A stretch of 64,000 nucleotides of DNA from Eledone cirrhosa. Taxonomy: Eukaryota. How positions within the stretch are numbered: the first letter of the stretch is position 1; every line of letters starts with the position of its first letter. The stretch covers positions 7,936,001-8,000,000 of the forward strand of contig OZ024766.1 in assembly GCA_964016885.1 (NCBI GenBank), given 5' to 3'. The notes under the pieces were generated by a model that was not told the origin of the DNA, ran no database searches, and saw only the letters and a list, made by a program, of their open reading frames with translations. This document shows, one piece after another, positions 49,900 through 63,054 of the stretch. A program made the position numbers and the translations under genes.

Positions 49900-52200
49900 T
49901 AATGATAGTAGTGGTGGTGGTGGTGTGATGTTTGTTGTGGTAGAGGTAGTAGTAGTGGTGGTGGTGTAATGTTTGTTGTGGTAGAGGTAGTAGTAGTGGT
50001 GGTGGTAGTGTAATGTTTGTTGTGGTAGAGGTAGTAGTAGTGGTGGTGGTGGTGTAATGTTTGTTGTGGTAGAGGTAGTAGTAGTGGTGGTGGTGGTGTA
50101 ATGTTTGTTGTGGTAGAGGTAGTAGTAGTGGTGGTGGTGGTGTAATGTTTGTTGTGGTAGAGGTAGTAGTAGTGGTGGTGGTGGTGTAATGTTTGTTGTG
50201 GTAGAGGTAGTAGTAGTAGTGGTGGTGGTGGTGTAATGTTTGTTGTGGTAGAGGTAGTAGTAGTGGTGTGATGTTTGTTGTGGTAGAGGTAGTGGTGGTG
50301 GTGTAATGTTTGTTGTGGTAGAGGTAGTAGTAGTGGTGGTGGTGTGATGTTTGTTGTGGTAGAGGTAGTAGTAGTGGTGGTGGTGTAATGTTTGTTGTGG
50401 TAGAGGTAGTAGTAGTGGTGGTGGTGTGATGTTTGTTGTGGTAGAGGTAGTGGTGGTGGTGTGATGTTTGTTGTGGTAGAGGTAGTGGTGGTGGTGTAAT
50501 GTTTGTTGTGGTAGAGGTAGTAGTAGTGGTGGTGGTGTAATGTTTGTTGTGGTAGAGGTAGTAGTAGTGGTGGTGGTGTGATGTTTGTGGTAGAGGTAGT
50601 AGTAGTGGTGGTGGTGGTGTGATGTTTGTGGTAGAGGTAGTAGTAGTGGTGGTGGTGTGATGTTTGTGGTAGAGGTAGTGGTGGTGGTGGTGTGATGTTT
50701 GTTGTGGTAGAGGTAGTAGTAGTGGTGGTGGTGGTGTGATGTTTGTTGTTGTGGTAGAGGTAGTAGTAGTGGTGGTGGTGTGATGTTTGTTGTGGTAGAG
50801 GTAGTAGTAGTGGTGGTGGTGTGATGTTTGTTGTGGTAGAGGTAGTAGTAGTGGTGGTGGTGTAATGTTTGTTGTGGTAGAGGTAGTAGTAGTGGTGGTG
50901 GTGTGATGTTTGTTGTGGTAGAGGTAGTAGTAGTGGTGGTGGTGGTGTAATGTTTGTTGTGGTAGAGGTAGTAGTAGTGGTGGTGGTGTGATGTTTGTTG
51001 TGGTAGAGGTAGTAGTAGTGGTGGTGGTGTAATGTTTGTTGTGGTAGAGGTAGTAGTAGTGGTGGTGGTGTAATGTTTGTTGTGGTAGAGGTAGTAGTAG
51101 TGGTGGTGGTGTAATGTTTGTTGTGGTAGAGGTAGTAGTAGTGGTGGTGGTGTAATGTTTGTTGTGGTAGAGGTAGTAGTAGTGGTGGTGGTGTAATGTT
51201 TGTTGTGGTGGAGGTAGTAGTAGTGGTGGTGGTGTAATGTTTGTTGTGGTAGAGGTAGTAGTGGTGGTGGTGGTGTAATGTTTGTTGTGGTAGAGGTAGT
51301 AGTGGTGGTGATGGTGTAATGTTTGTTGTGGTAGAGGTAGTAGTAGTGGTGGTGGTGTAATGTTTGTTGTGGTAGAGGTAGTAGTAGTGGTGGTGGTGTA
51401 ATGTTTGTTGTGGTAGAGGTAGTAGTAGTGGTGGTGGTGTGATGTTTGTGGTAGAGGTAGTAGTAGTGGTGGTGGTGGTGTGATGTTTGTGGTAGAGGTA
51501 GTAGTACTGGTGGTGGTGTGATATTTGTGATAGAGGTAGTGGTGGTGGTGGTGTGATGTTTGTGATAGAGGTAGTGGTGGTGTGATGTTTGTTGAGGTAG
51601 TAGTAGTGGTGGTGGTGGTGGTGTGATGTTTGTTGTGATAGAGGTAGTAGTAGTGGAGGTGGTGGTGGTGTAATGTTTGTTGTGGTGGAGGTAGTAGTAG
51701 TGGTGGTGGTGGTGTAATGTTTGTTGTGGTGGAGGTAGTAGTAGTGGTGGTGGTGGTGGAGGTAGTAGTAGTGGTGGTGGTGTAATGTTTGTTGTGGTGG
51801 AGGTAGTAGTGGTGGTGGTGGTGTGATGTTTGTTGTGGTGGAGGTAGTAGTAGTGGTGGTGGTGGTGGAGGTAGTAGTAGTGGTGGTGGTGTAATGTTTG
51901 TTGTGGTGGAGGTAGTAGTGGTGGTGGTGGTGTGATGTTTGTTGTGGTGGAGGTAGTAGTAGTGGTGGTGGTGGTGGAGGTAGTAGTAGTGGTGGTGGTG
52001 TAATGTTTGTTGTGGTGGAGGTAGTAGTGGTGGTGGTGGTGTAATGTTTGTTGTGGTGGAGGTAGTAGTAGTGGTGGTGGTGGTGGAGGTAGTAGTAGTG
52101 GTGGTGGTGTAATGTTTGTTGTGGTGGAGGTAGTAGTGGTGGTGGTGGTGTGATGTTTGTTGTGGTGGAGGTAGTAGTAGTGGTGGTGGTGTGATCTTTG
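49900..52200. repeat. ~35-44-bp GT-rich minisatellite
   Basis: ATGTTTGTTGTGGT(A/G)GAG(GTA)n(GTG)n units. Confidence 0.95.
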
Positions 52201-53034
52201 TTGGTGTAATGATAGCAGTAGTAGTAGTAGTAGTAGTAGTAGCGGTGGTGGTGGTAGTAGTAGTGGTGTGATCTTTGTTGTAATGATAGTAGTAGTAGTA
52301 GCGGTGGTAGTGGTGGTAATAGTAGTGGTTGGTGGTGGTGGTGGTAGTAGTAGTGGTGGTGGTGGTAGTAGTAGTAGGAGCAACAGTGAAGATTTGGTTT
52401 TGGTTGTGTGGTGTTACTAGTAGAATAGGTATCGCCACAACACTTTCCACTACTACTACTACTACTACTGTTACTACACTCACTACTACTACTGTTACCA
52501 CCACTACTACTACTACAGCTGCTACTATTACTACTACTACTACTACTACTGCTGCTACTACTACTACTACTACTACTACTACTGTTACCAATACTACTAC
52601 CCTCCATTCATATACACATGTCCAAAATTTCAAGTGTTGTGTGTGTATATATACACATATATATGTGTGTGTGTGTATATATATATGTGTGTGTGTGTAT
52701 ATACGTATGTGTGTGTGTGTATACATATATATGTGTATGTATATACATATATATATGTGTGTGTATATACATATATATATATGTGTATATACATATATAT
52801 GTGTGTGTGTATATACATATATATATATGTGTGTGTGTGTGTATATACATATATATATATGTGTGTGTGTGTGTATATACATATATATGTGTGTGTGTGT
52901 GTATATACGTATATATATGTGTGTGTGTATATATATATGTGTGTATATACATATATATATGTGTGTGTGTATATACATATATATATATGTGTGTGTGTAT
53001 ATACGTATATATGTGTGTGTGTGTGTGTATATAC

Positions 53035-53066
<32 letters not shown>

Positions 53067-53345
53067 ATATACGTATATATATATGTGTGTGTATATATAT
53101 AGATGTGTGTGTGTGTGTATACACATATATGTGTGTGTACCGAGTGAAGTGGATATATATTTATATAAAGTCCATCATAGGTCAAGAGTCATTACATACA
53201 TATATATATATATATATACTGTATATGTATATACTATATATATATATATATATATACTGTATATGTATATACTATATATATATATATATATATATACTGT
53301 ATATGTATGTATATATGCAAGCGTGGGAAAACGAACGTAAAAATT

Positions 53346-53381
<36 letters not shown>

Positions 53382-53671
53382 TGTATATATGTGTGTGTAT
53401 AGTGTATTTTTTCCTGCTAGTTACGGTTACAATTAAATAGCAAGCTATATATATATATATATATATATCAAACTATACTTCCTTGTATAGGGGAACATGT
53501 GTGTATATAATATATATACGTGTATATTGACACCATCATAATATATTTCCGTTGTACGATAGGGCATAGAGAGAGAGAGCACTCCACACGCACATAAGTG
53601 TGTGTGTGTATATATATATATATATGTGTGTATATATGTGTGTATATATATATATATATATACACACATAA

Positions 53672-53711
<40 letters not shown>

Positions 53712-53726
53712 GTATGTGTTCCAACT

Positions 53727-53765
<39 letters not shown>

Positions 53766-53924
53766 GAGGTTATATTTAATTTGTTGGGATTCAACAAGCT
53801 TAAACATTTTTTTTATAACTGATATAAAGCACTCAACAGCTTTACTTTAAAACATTATATATATATATATACATGTATTTATATATATATAATGTTTTAA
53901 AGTAAATAAATATATTTTAAATTC

Positions 53925-53971
<47 letters not shown>

Positions 53972-54004
53972 CTGTTTTAAAGTAAATAAATATATTTTAA
54001 ATTC

Positions 54005-54074
<70 letters not shown>

Positions 54075-54105
54075 ATTTATATATATATATATTTATATAT
54101 ATATA

Positions 54106-54173
<68 letters not shown>

Positions 54174-54822
54174 CTGTTTTAAAGTAAATAAATGTATTTT
54201 TAATTCAATTATATATATATATATAATCTGTTTTAAAGTAAATATATATATTTTTAATTCAATTATATATAATATATATATAAGCATATATAGCCGTGCT
54301 TACAATACTACCATTATGTGGGAGGGTTATATAGACACACAGATATATGTACACGTGTGTGTGTAGACAAAACGGCTTTTAAATGATTGTTGCTTGTAGT
54401 ATCATCACCACCATCATCACTTCCATCACCACCATCATCACCACCACCATCATCATCAACATTATTATGTACTTTTGTACGATGAAGCAAGGGGGAGAGC
54501 ACTCCACACACATACACGTCTATGTCTATCTCTCTCTCTATATATATTTTTATATATTTATTAAAATAACAGATTGTTATTTTAATAAATGTTTGCTCTA
54601 CCGTTCTTATATATTTGATATATATTTATCCTTATCGAGCCCTCTTTGGATTTTAGTCTTCAAATTTATTATTATTACTTTATATATATATATATAAGGG
54701 TTAAAATACTGGAGTGTGTTGGAGTTAAACACCCTCTTCGTATTATAGAAATGACAGTAAAAGGTATAGCTCAATGTAGTTAAACAGAGCTTGTATCTGC
54801 CGATATTATTTCTTGTTGTTTT

Positions 54823-54868
54823 AATTGCCCTGATGAGTCCTTAATAGGACGAAACATTGTCGGCTAAT
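54823..54868 (+). ncRNA. Canonical type I hammerhead ribozyme
   Basis: ATTGCC-CTGATGA-GTCCT(TAAT)AGGAC-GAA-AC(ATT)GT-C-GGC(T)AAT: complete core, G10.1-C11.1 pair, GUC site; predicted cleavage after 54861. Confidence 0.88.
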
Positions 54869-54984
54869 AAAGACTTCTGATGTATTGAAGGCTTCTTTGT
54901 TTTACTCTCTTAATATATATATATATATACACATGTTACCAGTAGCACCAACTGGTCACCTGACACATATATATACATACATAT

Positions 54985-55188
54985 AATAATAATAATAATA
55001 ATGAAATTATTGTGTAAAGTGCTCAGGTGCACTACAACTCGTCAATATAGTACATAGAATAATACACAAATGCCAGGGAAGTACATGTTTGTATGTGTTA
55101 GCTGTAGTGTTGGCGGATCTCGGGAAGCATGGAGGCCTTAAAGGATGCAGTGTCTCGACAGCTAACAACTGATGCAGGTAGTTTGTTC
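54985..55188 (-). mobile_element. CR1/L2-like LINE 3' end with (TTA)n tail
   Basis: Minus strand translates NKLPASVVSCRDTASFKASM, matching the WNxLPxxVV..S..FK terminal motif of CR1/L2 ORF2. Confidence 0.7.
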
Positions 55189-55214
55189 ACGGACATATAT
55201 ATATATACATACAT

Positions 55215-55416
55215 GGAGATCTCTCTGCACTTGTCGTCACATGGTACCATGGGCCCAGCACTATGTGTCAATAATTGTCACAAGTGTAGTGTTTGTACCA
55301 GAGTTTTCAAGTCGCTGGCTGGACTAAAAAGTCACACTCGTTCAGCGCATCGGTAGGGGTTCTCCTACATGGTCATAAAGTAGTGGCTGTACTCGAAAAC
55401 GAGTTGGCAGCCACCA
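55215..55416 (+). mobile_element. LINE (probably RTE) 3' end with a C2H2-like finger
   Basis: HKCSVCTRVFKSLAGLKSHTRSAH*, resembling the finger at 22144; small ACTCG-AAAA-CGAGT hairpin before (TA)n. Confidence 0.62.
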
Positions 55417-55434
55417 TATATATATATATAATGA

Positions 55435-55672
55435 TATTAAATAAATGGAAACTATATTTATAAAAGCATATTTATTCTATTATATATATTTCAAGGGTAC
55501 CAACAATTTTATCATCAGATAAAATACGAAGTGTGTTTTATAAATTTTGACATAACCAAGGAGAATATACCTTAATGATTCAAGTACTCCAGACAAACTG
55601 TTGAGTGCTCTGAATCAGTTATAAACATTTATATTTGTTGAATTACCAACAAATTGAATATCCCTTCTGCTT
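55435..55672 (-). mobile_element. AT-rich HHR-like element, relative of 38128-38398
   Basis: Minus strand ...GCACTCAACA...CTGATGA...GAAATATATATAATAGAATAAATATG... Confidence 0.6.
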
Positions 55673-55847
55673 ATATATATATATATATATATATATACAA
55701 TATATTAACAAATGTAAACTATATTTATAAAACCATATTTATTTCATTATACATATTTCAATTTTTACTCTAAAAATTTGTTGAGTGCTTTATATCAGTT
55801 ATAAAAATATTTGCTTGTTGTATCCCAATAAATTAAATATAACTTCT

Positions 55848-55886
<39 letters not shown>

Positions 55887-55970
55887 TTTATATTTGTCTT
55901 GGTGTCGTACACACACACATATATACATACACAAGCACACACATATACACACAAATATATATACACACAA

Positions 55971-56068
<98 letters not shown>

Positions 56069-56119
56069 CTAGTAGCATTCTCCGTATATGTATATATATA
56101 TATATATATAACGAAGGAA

Positions 56120-56304
56120 ATGTGGTAAGGAACCAGGTGGACCATAACGCACCAAAGTACTCAATACTTAGGGTAGTAGAGTGGGTAATAGGAAAAGAGT
56201 CAGGACCCCGACGGCTGTGCTCAAGCCGTTTCGACGGCTAATTCTGTACGGAATTAGCCGTCGAAACGGCTTGAGCTCAGCCGTCGGGGTCTTACTTGTT
56301 CCTA
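56120..56304 (-). mobile_element. Penelope-like short element ending in an 88-bp palindrome (56204-56291)
   Basis: 44-bp arms, no spacer, 2 mismatches; each arm contains GAA-ACGGCT(TGAGCTC)AGCCGT-C or a one-base variant. Confidence 0.8.
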
Positions 56305-56365
56305 TATATATATATATATATATGCGCACATTCATGACTATATGCCTTCGTCAGTTGCCCCCCCC

Positions 56366-56424
<59 letters not shown>

Positions 56425-56577
56425 TACATGACTATATGCCTTCGTCAGTTACACACACACACACACACACACATGCTTGAGTATAGAGACACATATTCAT
56501 ACACACACATGCTTGAGTATAGAGACACATATTCATACACACACATGCTTGAGTATTGAGAGACACATATTCATACA

Positions 56578-56664
<87 letters not shown>

Positions 56665-56754
56665 TCATGTAAACATTCACACCCATATTTTAATGCAAAT
56701 TTGTGTATATATATATATATATATATATAATGTAGGAGGTGAGTTGTATTGTCT

Positions 56755-57596
56755 GTCTTATATACAGACACAGTGTACCTAGGACTATATTATCTAATGT
56801 GTCCTGTCTTATATACAGACACAGTCTACCTAGGACTATATTATCTAATGTGTCCTGTCTTATATACAGACACAGTGTATCTAGGACTACATTATCTAAT
56901 GTGTCCTGTCTTATATACAGACACAGTGTATCTAGGACTACATTATCTAATGTGTCCTGTCTTATATACAGACACAGTCTACCTAGGACTACATTATCTA
57001 ATGTGTCCTGTCTTATATACAGACACAGTCTACCTAGGACTACATTATCTAATGTGTCCTGTCTTATATACAGACACAGTCTACCTAGGACTATATTATC
57101 TAATGTGTCCTGTCTTATATACAGACACAGTGTATCTAGGACTACATTATCTAATGTGTCCTGTCTTATATACAGACACAGTATTCCAGGACTACATTAT
57201 CTAATGTGTCCTGTCTTATATACAGACACAGTCTACCTAGGACTACATTATCTAATGTGTCCTGTCTTATATACAGACACAGTCTATCTAGGACTACATT
57301 ATCTAATGTGTCCTGTCTTATATACAGACACAGTCTACCTAGGACTATATTATCTAATGTGTCCTGTCTTATATACAGACACAGTGTATCTAGGACTACA
57401 TTATCTAATGTTCCTGTCTTATATATAGACACAGTGTACCTAGGACTACATTATCTAATGTGTACTGTCTTATATACAGACACAGTGTACTTAGGACTAC
57501 ATTATCTAATGTGTCCTGTCTTATATACAGACACAGTGTACCTAGGACTACATTATCTAATGTGTCCTGTCTTATATACAGACACAGTGTACCTAG
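56755..57596. repeat. 51-bp minisatellite, ~16 copies
   Basis: 17-aa ORF period; TGTCTTATATACAGACACAGT(G/C)TA(C/T)CTAGGACTACATTATCTAATGTGTCC. Confidence 0.96.
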
Positions 57597-60282
57597 GGCA
57601 GGATCTTAAGGGATATATGACTTACAGCCCCACTCAGGGCAGGATCTTAAGGGATATATGACTTACAGCCCCAGTCAGGGCAGGATATTAAGGGGTATAT
57701 GACCTACAGCCCCAGTCAGGGCAGGATATTAAGGGATATATGACTTACAGCCCCAGTCAGGGCAGGATCTTAAGGGGTATATGACCTACAGCCCCAGTCA
57801 GGGCAGGATATTAAGGGATATATGACTTACAGTCCCAGTCAGGGCAGGATATTAAGGGATATATGACTTACAGCCCCAGTCAGGGCAGGATATTAAGGGA
57901 TATATGACCTACAGCCCCAGTCAGGGCAGGATATTAAGGGATATATGACCTACAGCCCCAGTCAGAGCAGGATATTAAGGGATATATGACCTACAGCCCC
58001 AGTCAGAGCAGGATATTAAGGGATATATGACCTACAGCCCCAGTCAGAGCAGGATATTAAGGGGTATATGACCTACAGCCCCAGTCAGGGCAGGATATTA
58101 AGGGGTATATGACCTACAGCCCCAGTCAGAGCAGGATATTAAGGGATATATGACCTACAGCCCCAGTCAGGGCAGGATATTAAGGGATATATGACTTACA
58201 GCCCCAGTCAGGGCAGGATATTAAGGGATATATGACCTACAGCCCCAGTCAGGGCAGGATATTAAGGGATATATGACCTACAGCCCCAGTCAGGGCAGGA
58301 TATTAAGGGATATATGACTTACAGTCCCAGTCAGGGCAGGATATTAAGGGGTATATGACTTACAGCCCCAGTCAGGGCAGGATATTAAGGGATATATGAC
58401 CTACAGCCCCAGTCAGGGCAGGATATTAAGGGATATATGACTTACAGCCCCAGTCAGCGCAGGATATTAAGGGATATATGACTTACAGCCCCAGTCAGGG
58501 CAGGATATTAAGGGGTATATGACCCACAGCCCCAGTCAGCGCAGGATATTAAGGGATATATGACTTACAGCCCCAGTCAGCGCAGGATATTAAGGGATAT
58601 ATGACTTACAGCCCCAGTCAGCGCAGGATATTAAGGGATATATGACTTACAGCCCCAGTCAGGGCAGGATATTAAGGGATATATGACTTACAGCCCCAGT
58701 CAGGGCAGGATATTAAGGGATATATGACTTACAGCCCCAGTCAGGGCAGGATATTAAGGGATATATGACTTACAGCCCCAGTCAGGGCAGGATATTAAGG
58801 GATATATGACTTACAGTCCCAGTCAGAGCAGGATATTAAGGGCTATATGACTTACAGTCCCAGTCAGGGCAGGATATTAAGGGATATATGACTTACAGTC
58901 CCAGTCAGGGCAGGATATTAAGGGGTATATGACTTACAGCCCCAGTCAGGGCAGGATATTAAGGGGTATATGACCTACAGCCCCAGTCAGGGCAGGATAT
59001 TAAGGGATATATGACCTACAGCCCCAGTCAGAGCAGGATATTAAGGGATATATGACTTACAGTCCCAGTCAGGGCAGGATATTAAGGGATATATGACTTA
59101 CAGCCCCAGTCAGGGCAGGATATTAAGGGGTATATGACCTACAGCCCCAGTCAGAGCAGGATATTAAGGGATATATGACCTACAGCCCCAGTCAGAGCAG
59201 GATATTAAGGGATATATGACTTACAGTCCCAGTCAGGGCAGGATATTAAGGGATATATGACCTACAGCCCCAGTCAGGGCAGGATATTAAGGGGTATATG
59301 ACCTACAGCCCCAGTCAGAGCAGGATATTAAGGGATATATGACTTACAGCCCCAGTCAGGGCAGGATATTAAGGGATGTATGACTTACAGTCCCAGTCAG
59401 GGCAGGATATTAAGGGATATATGACTTACAGCCCCAGTCAGGGCAGGATATTAAGGGATGTATGACTTACAGTCCCAGTCAGGGCAGGATATTAAGGGAT
59501 ATATGACCTACAGCCCCAGTCAGAGCAGGATATTAAGGGCTATATGACTTACAGTCCCAGTCAGGGCAGGATATTAAGGGATATATGACTTACAGTCCCA
59601 GTCAGGGCAGGATATTAAGGGGTATATGACTTACAGCCCCAGTCAGGGCAGGATATTAAGGGGTATATGACCTACAGCCCCAGTCAGGGCAGGATATTAA
59701 GGGATATATGACCTACAGCCCCAGTCAGAGCAGGATATTAAGGGATATATGACTTACAGTCCCAGTCAGGGCAGGATATTAAGGGATATATGACTTACAG
59801 CCCCAGTCAGGGCAGGATATTAAGGGGTATATGACCTACAGCCCCAGTCAGAGCAGGATATTAAGGGATATATGACCTACAGCCCCAGTCAGAGCAGGAT
59901 ATTAAGGGATATATGACTTACAGTCCCAGTCAGGGCAGGATATTAAGGGATATATGACTTACAGCCCCTGTCAGGGCAGGATATTAAGGGATATATGACC
60001 TACAGCCCCAGTCAGGGCAGGATATTAAGGGATATATGACCTACAGCCCCAGTCAGGGCAGGATATTAAGGGGTATATGACCTACAGCCCCAGTCAGGGC
60101 AGGATATTAAGGGATATATGACTTACAGCCCCAGTCAGGGCAGGATATTAAGGGATATATGACCTACAGCCCCAGTCAGGGCAGGATATTAAGGGATATA
60201 TGACCTACAGCCCCAGTCAGGGCAGGATATTAAGGGGTATATGACCTACAGCCCCAGTCAGGGCAGGATATTAAGGGATATA
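57595..60282. repeat. 41-bp minisatellite, ~65 copies
   Basis: CAGGGCAGGATATTAAGGGATATATGAC(T/C)TACAGCCCCAGT at 57635, 57676... Confidence 0.97.
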
Positions 60283-60405
60283 TAACTAATGGTACAGGAG
60301 GGTGCTATATCTGGCTGCTATTTCTAGCATAACCAGGCGACCGCTTCTCTTTACACAAGAAGTGGGCGACGGCGACGACGACGGCTTCGGTTTCGCTTTT
60401 GCTTA

Positions 60406-60480
60406 TGACGTTGCCATTGACTACAAAACGCAATAACCGTTGCTATTGACAACGTTTGTAACGTCTAAGTTGTTGCTAAG
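60406..60480. promoter_or_regulatory. Candidate RFX X-box cluster in a small CpG-rich unique island
   Basis: GTTGCCATTGACTAC (60410), GTTGCTATTGACAAC (60439) and a GTTGCTAAG half-site (~60472); motif resemblance only. Confidence 0.3.
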
Positions 60481-60611
60481 CCCAAGACCACTCCATTAAC
60501 AGTGACAAAGCTGTTTCCAACCGTGAGCATCCACCCTTTACTGGGATTTTGTTTGAAATTACTATTAGTATTATATATATTATTATTTCTGACATAATGT
60601 CGCCTATTTAT

Positions 60612-60637
60612 AAATGTATATATGTATATATGTAGGT

Positions 60638-60669
<32 letters not shown>

Positions 60670-60685
60670 ATGTATATATGTAGGT

Positions 60686-60719
<34 letters not shown>

Positions 60720-60726
60720 GTAGGTG

Positions 60727-60761
<35 letters not shown>

Positions 60762-60987
60762 GTAGGTGTATATATATATATATATATGTATATGTATGTA
60801 TATATGTAGGTGTATATATATATATATATGTATATGTATATATGTAGGTGTATATATATATATATATGTGTATGTGTATATATATGTAGATATACATATA
60901 TATGTAGATATATGTAGGTGTATATATATATATATGTATGTATGTATGTATGTGTGTATATATATGTAGATATACATATATATGTAG

Positions 60988-61031
<44 letters not shown>

Positions 61032-61077
61032 GTATGTGTAGATATACATATATATGTAGATATATATGTATATATGT

Positions 61078-61133
<56 letters not shown>

Positions 61134-61359
61134 CTATGTGTATATATATGTAGATATACATATATATACATATTTGTATTTATTTACACATATATGTGTG
61201 TATATACATGTACATACATATATATGTTTATATAAGCATATATATGTATATATAGGCATATATATATATATACACATTATATATATATATATGGTGTATC
61301 AAAAGCTTTTGAAATCAGATGATTTTTTTTATACACCATACATATATATACACATATAT

Positions 61360-61419
<60 letters not shown>

Positions 61420-61470
61420 GTATATATATATATGCATACATATATATATATATACATATATATATATACT
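60612..61470. repeat. (TA)n compound microsatellite
   Basis: Directly visible. Confidence 0.93.
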
Positions 61471-61775
61471 AAATAGCCTTGGATTCTTCCCCTTTCTTGT
61501 TTAAACAAATCAAAACAAAACCAACTCTCTCCTACATCCTCCTTTCCTAAGAGTTTTAGTTTGGCTGCTATTTCTAGCGATACTGACGTCTTCGTAGCGT
61601 TTCCCTCATTGGCTCACACACACATATATATATATATATGTACACATATATATGTGTGTGGTGTGTGTGGTGTGTATGTCTATATATACATGATAGGGTT
61701 GGTTATGAGGGAGATTTGGCTGTTATTTCTAGCAGGTTTAGCTACCATGTAGAGGTTTTCATTGTTGCCACACAA

Positions 61776-61806
<31 letters not shown>

Positions 61807-61899
61807 ACTATAAGCGGTGATTTGAGGGAGATTTGGCTACTGTTTCTAGTATGTCTAGCTCTTTGGTTCACTGGAACATGCTTTTGACTCTCACAATAA

Positions 61900-62703
61900 G
61901 AGAGTGTTATGGTTATGAGCCTTGAAATGAAGGGCCGTGATTTGGTCACCACTGCTGACCTACGAATGGGAGGGTATTATGGTTATGAGCCTTGAAATGA
62001 AGGGCCGTGATTTGGTCACCCCCTGCTGACCCACCATTGAGAGGGTGTTATGGTTAAGGGCCTTGAAATGAAGGGCCGTGATTTGGTCACCACTGCTGAC
62101 CCACCATTGAGAGGGTGTTATGGTTAAGGGCCGTGATTTGGTCACCACTGCTGACCCACCATCGAGAGGGTGTTATAGTTAAGGGCCTTGAAATGAAGGG
62201 CAGTGATTTGGTCACCCCCTGCTGACCCACCATCGAGAGGGTGTTATGGTTAAGGGCCTTGAAATGAAGGGCAGTGATTTGGTCACCCCCTGCTGACCCA
62301 CCATTGAGAGGGTGTTATAGTTAAGGGCCTTGAAATGAAGGGCAGTGATTTGGTCACCCCCTGCTGACCCACCATCGAGAGGGTGTTATGGTTAAGGGCC
62401 TTGAAATGAAGGGCCGTGATTTGGTCACCCCCTGCTAACCCATCATCGAGAGGGTGTTATGGTTAAGGGTCAGGAGAAGAAGGGCAGTGATTTGGTCACC
62501 CTCTGCTGACCCATCATCGAGAGGGTGTTATGGTTAAGGGTCAGGAGAAGAAGGGCAGTGATTTGGTCACCCTCTGCTGACCCATCATCGAGAGGGTGTT
62601 ATGGTTAAGGGTCAGGAGAAGAAGGGCAGTGATTTGGTCACCCTCTGCTGACCCACCATCGAGAGCGTGTTATGGTTAAGGGCCAGGAGAAGAAGGGCAG
62701 TGA
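61900..62703. repeat. ~70-bp minisatellite, ~11 copies
   Basis: GAGAGGGTGTTATGGTTAAGGG...GTGATTTGGTCACC...GCTGACCCACCAT. Confidence 0.93.
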
Positions 62704-63054
62704 CCAACGAACAAGAAGGGGAGAGAACTCTTCCTAGTGACTAGACCTGGTAGAAATAGCAGCCAAATCTCTCTCGAGTTACACCTGGCTGTCTTTATGC
62801 AAGTACTACACTATAATCAAATATTATGAAGTACTACACTATAATCAAATAACATATATACCAACCCACCGGCTAGAAGTAGAGTAGTTGATTTTATATA
62901 TCATCATTATCCAATCTGGCCATATGGAATTGAAACATGGACGCTTTCATCCAAACAACAAAAGCACCTTGATGGCACCTACACTACTACTACTACTACC
63001 TTGATGGCACCTACACTACTACTACTACTACCACCTTGATGGCACTTACCCTTG

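Noticed and set aside
48050-53185. 1711-aa, 1277-aa and 850-aa ORFs
   Set aside because: Translations of GT-rich minisatellites, open in several frames because the repeats lack stops; no domain content.
61583-61615. CRE-like TGACGTC plus reverse CCAAT box
   Set aside because: Lies directly downstream of the dispersed TTGGCTGCTATTTCTAGC repeat and is probably part of it.
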